From: Bugula neritina
Lineage: Eukaryota; Animalia; Bryozoa
Direction of reading: 5' to 3'
Assembly (NCBI GenBank): GCA_964035545.1
Contig: OZ037772.1
Coordinates: 3,935,538-3,999,537, forward strand
DNA length: 64,000 nt
Shown here: positions 1 through 11,018 of the stretch, in pieces
Layout of the letters: the number at the start of each line of letters is the position of its first letter
How positions within the stretch are numbered: the stretch's first letter is position 1
Program-made: the position numbers and the translations under genes
Notes under the pieces: generated by a model
Seen by the model: only the letters and a program-made list of their open reading frames with translations
Database searches by the model: none
Told to the model about the DNA's origin: nothing

Positions 1-534
1 TTCATTCTCTTTCAACTGTGTATTGGTAATATTTTGGGAATTTCATCCATAGCTTTTGATTGAAGCTTTTATTTTATTCTACCATGGGTTATGTTAGGTG
101 CGCCCCCTATGATGATGAGTGCAATGATGTCCAACGGTAAAGGTGTACAAGCAGATGATGCAGGCGCCAACAATGAGCTCTATAATATGTACCTCAGTGA
201 GTAATGGCCATGATGTGCTTTGATGTTGCCTGCTTTGTAGTGGAAAGGCCTTTTTGAATGCTGTTTTGGAACTCAAATGACAGACTCGTTTCAAATTGTT
301 TATGTTTTTGCAGACAAACAATTTTATAATTAACTGCTAGAAACTATTGTAATAAAAATAGAGACAGCTGTTGTAATGTATTTCTCCTCCTAGCATTGAT
401 GATTGACATTCTTGTTTAATGAGTCACCTATTTAGTTCGCTTCTTCAGTCAAATGTTTCTACATTCTGATATATTATATAATGTTGGTTTTATTGCTGTT
501 AGCTTACATCACTACTTCCACCTTATTTCTCTAG

Positions 535-2028
535 AAATGTAAGTAAGGGACGGGTCCAAAGACAGCCCTGTTATAGAGACTGTAGAGAACTCTTCACTGA
601 AAACCCAGAGTTTAAGAGTGGAACTTATTGGGTGAGAGAAGATGCTGATATGTTTCTATTTTCTCTGCTCAGAGGAAATCTGTATCCAAGTCTGATGACT
701 GAAATTCTGTGAACATGTTTTATATTTTACAATTACTACTCCTGAGGTGTCAATATCATGTCATGTGAAGTTTCTACAGATATTTAATGTTTAAGAATAA
801 GAGTTTTCCCATGAGTTGCCTGTATTATATAATTCTGTATATTTAACAGCTGAACAGGTTTTAGAAGTTTTATGTGATGTTTGTATTGTGTTAGTGTGAA
901 ATGGAGAAGTTGTATTCTCTATTGTTTGTTGTCAGGTGGATACAGATGGTGGCTCCATAGCTAATGCTATCCAGGCTTACCGTCGCAAGGAAATGAAGAG
1001 CACTTGTATCAATGTCAAGACCTCTGAGTTCGCCACCAAATCGTACGTCACCCAGCAGCTAGATAATCAGCCATTTGTTGCTTTAAACACATGGGAACAG
1101 CACTCGTAAGTGTTTATCTTGTATCAACCATGACTTTCTCAGTATTATTTTAGAATATCCAAAAGTTTTCTTGTTGAGAATTGTCGCTATAGTAACATAT
1201 TGGTTTCCTGTATGGATGTTGATAAGTGTTGCTATAGTAACATGTTGGTTTCCTGTATGGATTGTAGTTTGAGTATCTGGCAGAGTTTTCCTAACTCAAC
1301 TTTCTTCAAATTCACTCTGAGAGAGCAAACCCAGACTGACAGGCAATAGTCACTGCCAACAGTTTATCAAATAGTCACTAGTTGCTAGTCACCAGATACT
1401 AGTCCTCTACTATGTTGCTAGTCACTTGATAATCTGAACAATCACAGGCCTTTTTAAAGCTGAGCAAGTTGTTGGTATGACTATTCCATTTGCTGATTGT
1501 AGATGTATAAACTCAGTGGCAGTAGAAGACACATATGGTAGGAAGAATAAGTCAGTCATTTTATATACAGCTGGTGATAAAGAATACACAGCAACAGATA
1601 GCAGGTTCCAATATTCTGTGCTGCAGGATGATTGCAAGGTATGTAAATCTGACCTATATACTGCAAATCTGACCTATAAAGTGTAAATCTAATTTATATG
1701 GTGTAATTTCGATCTGCACTTGAACATGATTGCGATAGTTGCATCTTTTTTCTGTTAATATGCAATATAGCTTGCCTTTGAGTCTTTTTAATGACTACTT
1801 ATGACTTCAACCCAAAAGCCACTTTGAGTGCTGTACGAGTTTAGAGTTTTGAGTTTGCCTTCTGCCATTTTGTAGTATGCCAAATCATCAGAAGCTCAGA
1901 CAGTGATTGAGATTGGCACCAAGACCGCCACCCACTTGCCTATTATTGACATTGCTCCTGGTGACATCGGGACCACCCACAAAGAGTTTGGGGTTCAGCT
2001 AGGGAGGGTGTTATGCCCCTCCCTGTGA
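535..2028 (+). pseudogene. Fibrillar collagen C-propeptide (COLFI) exons, pseudogene; exons ~535-631, 936-1105, 1268-~1340, 1503-1638, 1876-2028
   Basis: Exon-like segments translate to DGSKDSP..RDCRELFTENPEFKSGTYW / VDTDGGSIANAIQAY..STCIN / FEYLAEFS*LNFLQIHSERA / CINSVA..SRFQYSVLQDDCK / TVIEIGTKTATHLPIIDIAPGDIG..EFGVQLGRV, matching COLFI consensus order. Lesions: frame change near 573, TAA at 1292-1294, conserved Cys replaced by Arg (CGT). Confidence 0.88.
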
Positions 2029-2649
2029 CTTTATATATTTAGAAACTGTTGTTAATTTAGTAATTCTGTTGGTGCATTTAACAGACGCTAGTTAGACATT
2101 CCAGCATAGCAATACATAAATAATGTAAATTTCATAACAAAATCACTCAGCCATACGCAACTATCTGATGCGCGTAGCTTGCACTACGTGAAACAATATT
2201 GTAGTCAATAAAATGAATATATAAGTTTATTATTATATCCGAAATTGTATCAGTACCAAATATAAATACTCTACTTTTCAAAATATTGAGTCCTTTTGAT
2301 TAATTTTTTAATCGTAAAAACTAAACATATATATATAATAAATATATATATATATATATATATTAATTATCCTTATGCAGCCCAGAGAGAAACTCAGTCA
2401 TCATGAACTTCAATGTAAATAATTTTAATATAAAATAATACATATTATGATATAATATAATATTATATTACTCTTTCGGGATAATTATTCCATTTATACT
2501 AACACCTGTTTATTTGAAGTACTTTAATAAGTTTTACTTTAAATTTATTTCTCAAACCAGCATGTCAGTTAAATATAAAAGTACAATCACACATACAACA
2601 TGTAGACATGTAGTGATATACATTATAAAACATATTATGTTGGTGAAAT

Positions 2650-5625
2650 GCTATACCGTATATTATGCTATACAGTATATTATGCTATACAGTATAGTAT
2701 GTTATACAGTATACTATGTTATACAGTATACTATGCTATACAGTATATTATGCTATACAGTATAGTATGTTATACAGTATATTATGTTATACAGTATACT
2801 ATGTTATACAGTATATTATGTTATACAGTATACTATGTTATACAGCATATTATGTTATACAGCATATTATGTTATACAGTATACTATGTTATACAGTATA
2901 CTATGTTATACAGTATACTATGTTATACAGTATCTTATGTTATACAGTATATTATGTTATACAGCATATTATGTTATACAGCATACTATGTTATACAGTG
3001 TATTATGTTATACAGTATACTATGTTATACAGTATACTATGTTATACAGTATATTATGTTATACAGTGTATTAGGTTATACAGTATATTATGTTATACAG
3101 TATATTATGTTATATAGTATATTATGTTATACAGTATATTATGTCATACAGTATATTATGTTATACAGTATACTATGTTATACAGTATACTATGTTATAC
3201 AGTATACTATGTTATACAGTATCTTATGTTATACAGTATATTATGTTATACAGCATATTATGTTATACAGCATACTATGTTATACAGTATTTTATGTTAT
3301 ACAGTATACTATGTTATACAGTATACTGTGTTATACAGTATACTGTGTTATACAGTATATTAGGTTATACAGTATATTATGTGATACAGTATATTATGTT
3401 ATACAGTATACTATGTTATACAGTATACTATGTTATACAGTATACTATGTTATACAGTATATTATGTTATACAGTATATTATGTTATACAGTATACTATG
3501 TTATACAGTATACTATGTTATACAGTATACTATGTTATACAGTATACTATGTTATACAGTATACTATGTTATACAGTATACTATGTTATACAGTATACTA
3601 TGTTATACAGCATATTATGTTATACAGTATATTATGTTATACAGTATATTATGTCATACAGTATACTATGTCATACAGTATACTATGTTATACAGTATAC
3701 TATGTTATACAGTATACTATGTTATACAGTATATTATGTTATACAGTACCTATATTATGTTATACAGTATATTATGTTATACAGTATACTATGTTATACG
3801 GTATACTATGTTATACGGTATACTATGTTATACAGTATACTATGTTATACAGTACCTATATTATGTTATACAGTATATTATGTTATACAGTATATTATGT
3901 CATACAGCATATTATGTTATACAGTATACTATGTTATACAGTATACTATGTTATACAGTATACTATGTTATACAGTATACTATGTTATACAGTATATTAT
4001 GTTATACAGTATATTATGTTATACAGTATACTATGTTATACTGTATAATATGTTATACAGTATATTATGTTATACAGCATACTATGTTATACAGTATACT
4101 ATGTTATACAGTATATTATGTCATACGGTATACTATGTTATACGGTATACTACGTTATATAGTATATTATGTTATACAGTATACTATGTTATACATTATA
4201 TTATGTTATACAGTATATTATGTTATACAGTATATACTATGTTATACAGTATACTATGTTATACAGTATATTATGTTATACAGTATACTATGTTATACTG
4301 TATAATATGTTATACAGTATATTATGTTATACAGTATACTATGTCATACAGTATATTATGTTATACAGTATACTATGTTATACAGTATATTATGTTATAC
4401 AGTATACTATGTTATACAGTATATTATGTTATACAGTATATTATGTTCTACAGTATATTATGTTATACAGTATATTATGTTATACAGCATACTATGTTAT
4501 ACAGTATATTATGTTATACAGTATATTATGTTATACAGTACCTATATTATGTTATACAGTATATTATGTTATACAGTATATTATGTCATACAGCATATTA
4601 TGTTATACAGTATACTATGTTATACAGTATACTATGTTATACAGTATACTATGTTATACAGTATACTATGTTATACAGTATACTATGTTATACAGTATAC
4701 TATGTTATACAGTATATTATGTTATACAGTATATTATGTTATACAGTATACTATGTTATACTGTATAATATGTTATACAGTATATTATGTTATACAGCAT
4801 ACTATGTTATACAGTATACTATGTTATACAGTATATTATGTCATACGGTATACTATGTTATACGGTATACTACGTTATATAGTATATTATGTTATACAGT
4901 ATACTATGTTATACAGTATATTATGTTATACAGTATATTATGTTATACAGTATATACTATGTTATACAGTATACTATGTTATACAGTATATTATGTTATA
5001 CAGTATACTATGTTATACTGTATAATATGTTATACAGTATATTATGTTATACAGTATACTATGTCATACAGTATATTATGTTATACAGTATACTATGTTA
5101 TACAGTATATTATGTTATACAGTATACTATGTTATACAGTATATTATGTTATACAGTATATTATGATATACAGTATACTATGTTATACAGTATATTATGT
5201 TATACAGTATACTATGTTATACAGTATATTATGTTATACAGTATATTATGTTATACAGTATATTATGTTATACAGTATACTATGTTATACAGTATATTAT
5301 GTTATACAGTATACTATGTTATACAGTATATTATGTTATGCAGTATACTATGTTATACAGTATATTATGTTATACAGTACATTATGTTATACAGTATACT
5401 ACGTTATACAGTATACTATGTTATACAGTATATTATGTTATACAGTATATACTATGTTATACAGTATACTATGTTATACAGTATATTATGTTATACAGTA
5501 TACTATGTTATACAGTATATTATGCTATACAGTATACTATGTTATACAGTATATTATGTTATACAATACATTATGTTATACAGTATACTATGTTATACAG
5601 TATACTATGTTACACAGTATACACT
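2650..5625. repeat. 17-bp minisatellite (TATACAGTATAYTATGT)n, ~175 units
   Basis: Direct reading; it generates the spurious MLYSILCYTVYYVIQY ORFs. Confidence 0.97.
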
Positions 5626-8600
5626 CAGGGTTGTAGTGGTAAAAATATTCTTGGCCATACTCTCAGGCCGGGGGTCCAGGGGGCCGCCTAGGCCCCCGGC
5701 GGGGTCCGGGGTAGCGCCCCGGCCGCCGAAGCCCTTAGAGCGTTTCTGATGCAAATTTATGCAATTTAAAGCCATTTTAAATTCTAATTTTTCTGAAAAA
5801 ATTGATGTTGAAATGTGCACTTTACTATTATTTTCATATCATACCAGCTACATGATAATCGAAGTCGCGCGCTCATTTTCGAACAAATGACGACTGGGCA
5901 TTGCTGCAAACCATGTAAACATACATTATTGTCCTATTCCTATTGACTGTAATTTTAAATGTAGTCTTGCTCACCTGCAGTTAGGTTTGCTCTGACACTA
6001 AGTGTAACATGTACAGAAAAATTTCTGAAGATCTCAAAAGGTCGGAAGGACAGAGGCAAGTAACAAGTGCTCTCCAAATGCAACCTAATTATTTTATTAA
6101 TAACTAATAGACTGACACGCACAGAAAAATTATAATAGATCAGAAAAGAGGCAGATTGCAAATCAAAAGATGTGTGTTGGTTATTTTTAAAGAGCAATTT
6201 GAATTGATAACTGATTAGCAAGCAGAAGTTGGTTGAAAAGCTATTTGGAGTGTATATTAGAGTATTAGTCTAATTCATAAGGAGATACTACCACACCACC
6301 TTACACACAATAAAGCACACACAAGAAGAGTATGTTAACTTGGTTTTAAAATGAAACCCCTGAGCTCCCACTAGACACATCAAGGAAATATACCCCAAAA
6401 GAACAGATTTGACAGGTTAAATATGTGTTAACCTAAAAGATGATTAAATGTAAAGCCAGACATTAGTACAATCAAATATAAATTGTTACTTACGGTAGTG
6501 TACAGTTTGCATAAATCTGTAAAGTAAATGCAGAACATGTAAAGTAAAATACATCTACCTACCAACTATATATATATATGTACATATAAAGAATGTCATG
6601 CAAATAAAAACTGCAAAACTATCCAAAAAGCTTCCATATTCTTTCATATCTTGTATTGCAAGACTGAGAGGCTACACGAGTTCTAGTGTCATCAGCTGAT
6701 CTGTGACCTCTCAGCCATAGTTTCACATAACTGCTCGGCTGAAACTGGCTAACTGGTGGGCCAACAAGAGAGAGAAATATGAGGTTAGATATACGCTTTA
6801 CAAGAAGGCGATTTCGATCATCAGAACATATATTGTTCATTGTAGAAAATCCCCTTTCACAATCAGCACTTGTAACAGGCAGAGTGTTTGCTACTGCAGT
6901 TATTTCCATGAGCTTCTTGGGCATTTTAGTTGGCTCGTCAATGTAATCTCGAAAACTCTCTTTGTAGACAGAGAAGTCCAGAGAAAATCGGTCACATAGT
7001 GACTTCAGCCTATTCTCTCCCTCAAGCCATGGTGACTCCACACAGGAAGGCCACTTTTGACTATCTAGTACATCTAAGTCTGCTAACAAGCTCTGAAGAT
7101 TATTTTGACTGACATCACTGAATAGTCTACTACTAAGATTGTCTATCAAGGCCTGCAGAAATGCATTCCTGTTGAGCATTGTGCCCTTTGGTTTGAGAGG
7201 AATACCCTTAAAGGCGCCTGCAGCAAGAGCTTGTTCAAACTCTTTAAATCGAGGTCCAGCACCCTCCTTTTGCTGCTGCAAAGCTCGGATTGTTCTTTTA
7301 ATGACTCTGTAAGCTTTCGAGAGTGAACAACTTTCAGCTTGAAGTGTCAATGATAGATTGGACACTTCTTCTAATGCATCTAGTAGCACTGCTAAGCTGT
7401 GTATAAACTCCGGTGCTGCAAGAGTAGATTTTAGGCCTGATGAAACAGCTCGATGCTTAGAAGCCTGTGCTAATCCAGATGTAGAAAAGAAATTGTGTAG
7501 AGCAGGATAGTTTTGCCATACAGCTGACAATGTTAGATAACTTGATGCCGCCCATCTTACATCAAACACTTTTCCTATGCGTTGCAACTGTATGCCCAGA
7601 CTACCAGCAATAGTATCAAGTTCACGCTGTGCTTTAGGGCTTTGGCTGTATGTGCTGTAAAGTTTGTCAATCATGGAAGCAACATGGTTGACTTGAGTGC
7701 ATGAGTTAACAGCGTCACCTACAGAAAGTTCAACTCTGTGGCACAAGCAGTGCCAAAGAAATACTGTTGGGTATTTGGCCTTTAGACGAGTTAGGACACC
7801 ACTTTTACTCCCTAGCATCGTTGAAGCACCATCTGAACATGCTCCAATCAAATTTTGTGATAAAAAGTCATGTTTGAAGCCATAGCTGTTGAGGCATAAC
7901 AGAACCTTGTCAAAAATGTGTTCAGCTGTAAGAAAAGAGAGCTCTATCAGCTCTAGTGGGAAACTAAAGCAATCCCCATTAAGCAGAGACCACCTTGTAC
8001 GTATGTACAATAGCAAACATGACTTTCTACTCACTGTCGTGGATTCATCTATTATGATAGAGAGCTTTTGGTTGTTCTTTAAGATCTCTTTGCAAAGTCT
8101 AGATCGCATTTCCTCAGCAATGCAATCAATCATCGCAGTAGCACTAAATCTAGAATGAAGCCCAGTTCCTAAATTAGTGCCATTTGCTTCTTGTAGTTCA
8201 CAGAGCTCGGAATATGACCGCAGAGGCCGGCTGTTTTTGGCGAGGGAGTATGCTGTTCTCATAAGCCTGGCTGTCGTCAATTCGTATTTATGCTGCTGCT
8301 TTTGAAAAGCATTGGGTAACTCCTCTTTTTCAACTGTTGCCTTTGTGCTAGCTGCTTGTTTGTGAGCTAGTGAATCCTTATGTGTTTTAAGTTTAACACG
8401 GAGTGATGCCAGTTGCTTTTCTCTGGTGCTTCCTGAGCAAAATACACTCCCTACTGTCCACTCAGAACGCAAGTATGTTCCTCTTCCTTCAGTCTTGTTA
8501 GTTTTGTAGTTAATACAAACCTGACATAGCAACCCACCTTTGTCTGTCAACATCAGCCATGGCATTTCAGCTTTTTTAGCTTTCCAAATGCCTAGAGACC

Positions 8601-9357
8601 AGCAATCTGGCAGCTTAACATCAGCTTTGTTTTCTAAACCATCTTCCCCTTCTTCCTCTGATGCTACCTTGGCAGTAGCAGCTTCTGCTCGCTATAATCG
8701 ACAATAAATATAAATGTAAGCTTGAAGTTATTACAAGGCACACAGAAAGCAAGACAATAGAGAAAATTGAAAGATTGTAGAAAATAAAAGAAACCTGCAC
8801 CGATCTTGATAGTGAGGGCTCATCATCGTAGTCTACAGCAGGATTAGCCTCTTCAACTGTTACACTGTAATTCAACAATATGTAAAGAAATAACTGCTAA
8901 AAAGTTTACAAGTCCTCTAATTAAGCAAATTAGGAACAGCTGAGCATTGTTAATCAACAGCATACAATACACCCAGGCACCTTGTTTTTATGTTTATTAA
9001 GTAGTGATTGGCTTAGCTTTAATAACAATTTTGTAAATAACTGCATGCTCTGGGCACAAAGCTTACTATTTACATACCTATGATGATGATCATGATTATG
9101 ATGTAATAGTTTAGTTCAGTAGAGTAGTAGTAATGTACTTTTTCAGCAGGGCTGGTAATGTAATCAGAATGGCAAATAGTAGTAATGCTAATAATGATTA
9201 CTAGCAATGGTAACTATGACTAGTGACAAGATAATGATAACAATACACTACTACTAGTCTACTACTACCATTATTATTAATAATACACTATAATAATATT
9301 ATTAATAATTATTATTAGTTTACTACTACAATAATTAATCATTAAAACTAGTACTAT
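5626..9357 (-). mobile_element. hAT DNA transposon (KIAA1586/ZNF862-like), one end missing
   Basis: Starts abruptly at the satellite edge with CAGGGTTGTAGTGG and a GC-rich subterminal block (5666-5735), and contains a transposase ORF. No matching inverted terminus was seen before or after the LTR element. Confidence 0.8.
6619..8864 (-). CDS. hAT-family transposase (KIAA1586/ZNF862-like), 5'-partial; exons 8795-8864 and 6619-8691
   Basis: The 648-aa ORF extends in frame to an AG acceptor at 8692 (LPDCWSLGIWKAKKAEMPWL). Motifs IIDESTT, CSDGASTMLG, WHCLCHRVEL, VRW and the C-terminal hATC motif LPVTSADCERGFSTMN are present, with no internal stop. Confidence 0.88.
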
Positions 9358-9661
9358 TGTTATAATTTTCAGTTTTAGGGTTGATGTGCCACCAAGAGAG
9401 TCTATTTATCACTAGAGAAACTTCACCAGTTAAGTCGAGTAGATATCGTTCTATTTAATACAAGAATACATAATAAAATCCAATGTACAACAGTAATGAT
9501 ACGCACGTCTATTTAATTTACAGCACTATCCTCAACTGAGCTAGTAGCACGAAGCGGCTACTATTACTTATCAAACAGCTTAGCTAATTGGCCAATACAT
9601 TGTTCCGGGTCAATACGCAACCTTGCGTATTGTGTTGCTGGTAGCTCCACGAGCCACCACA
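9358..9661 (-). repeat. 3' LTR (304 bp)
   Basis: TGTTATA...CCACCACA, direct repeat of 16493-16796 with 9 substitutions by hand count; abuts the PPT. Confidence 0.95.
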
Positions 9662-9672
9662 CTGCCCCCTCC
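9662..9672 (-). other. Polypurine tract GGAGGGGGCAG
   Basis: Purine-rich run on the minus strand immediately before the 3' LTR. Confidence 0.85.
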
Positions 9673-9927
9673 AGCAGAAAGCCCACTTTCTGATAAAATA
9701 AGATTCACATAAAAAAAACGTATACTTCGTTGTGGGGGGTAAGAGAACAGTATAAAAGTATATAAAAAAACAACAACTGGTAAAAAATATACAGGTATAG
9801 ATAACGTGCACTAAGTAATAAGCAAGAGAAGGTCCTATCTACATATAGAGTACGTGCCACCATTACGGTAGGGAATGCCACAGAGAGGTAGGGAAATGAG
9901 TAGTAGGGAGTTGTAGGTAGACTCGAG

Positions 9928-11001
9928 TTAACTGCGGGCCGCACGCTTCATGCGTTTAATAGACTCCTGTAAATATTTGAGTTCACTGGAGGCTGCCTGT
10001 ACCCGTGGGGCCAGCCTGTACACTTCTTGCTCCAAGTCATGCGCCCTAGCTTCTACCTCACGTAGGTTACGGGCCCAGGGGGATGAGCGAGAGGAAGTTG
10101 GCTGCCTGTGTCGTTTCCGCTCTGAGGATGGAAGGGGAGGAGGGAGTGTATACGCATTTGTGTCTACTCTCTGTAGTACGACACGAGGAAAGGTATGTGG
10201 CATGCGTATAGGACTGTGAGGTGGAGAGTTAGCAGACTGTGTAGGTTTATCTGCGGCTCCAGAGATGATGGGTCGCGGGGAAGGGAAGCCTTGCTCCAGG
10301 CGAGATAGCCGAGCTGAGTCAGTGATGAGTGGTTTGATGGCGTTGAAAAAGGCAGGATATGATGATTCGTCTACTTCATAGACATGTCCTTGATAGCACT
10401 GCATAGTACGTTGGTGCCGCAGTAGGTAATCACGATTGTAGCTATATTCTCCGCAAGGGCAGAAAGTGGTGATGTAGTGTTGCGGCAAGTGCACCTTTAG
10501 TCTGCGGTGGGTTGTGAATCGCTGCTGGCAGAGGTTGCATTCACGATTACTCTCACCTCCTTGATGGGTCCTGATTTCTCTCTCTGTGGCAGGGGTAATC
10601 CAGTTGGAGGTTGCTTCCAACTGGGGTGGCAGTTGCCTGGTGGTAGGAGTTGTTGGGGCCGGCTCTGGGTCCCATGCCATCTCTAGAGAAGGCATGTCCG
10701 TAGAGACAGGCGCGAGTGTGTCTACAAAAGTAGAATTATTGTTAGATCGCGGTGGATCTTTACAACATAATTCTAGTCACTGTCGACCGTTGCTAGCCTG
10801 AGAGTCACAGCTTTTGGAATGCACTCGAGGAACTGATGAATCATGTGTGGACTGACCAAGAACAGTGTCTAGCTCCAGGTCTAACAGACCGTCGGCCATT
10901 ACAGTGTCTTCATCGTCATTCATATGAAACGTGGTTCCCAGTAATTCTGATTCAATCTGCTGAATTAGTTCAGAATTTACTGGCATTGAGCCCGTTTCCA
11001 T
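9928..11001 (-). CDS. Gypsy accessory ORF3: acidic N-terminus, tandem C2H2-type zinc fingers, Pro/Ser-rich linker, C-terminal coiled coil; one in-frame TGA at 10777-10779
   Basis: The 74-aa and 255-aa ORFs share a frame and the 27 codons between them are open. CNLC-x12-HLPQH and CPC-x12-HQRTMQC; heptad-like LREVEARAHDLEQEVYRLAPRVQAASSELKYL. Confidence 0.72.
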
Positions 11002-11018
11002 GAATAGGAATACAAGAC

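Noticed and set aside
2514-5749. Long ORFs up to 848 aa (MLYSILCYTVYYVIQY...), also at 40794-41884
   Set aside because: Translation of a stop-free 17-bp satellite in all three frames.
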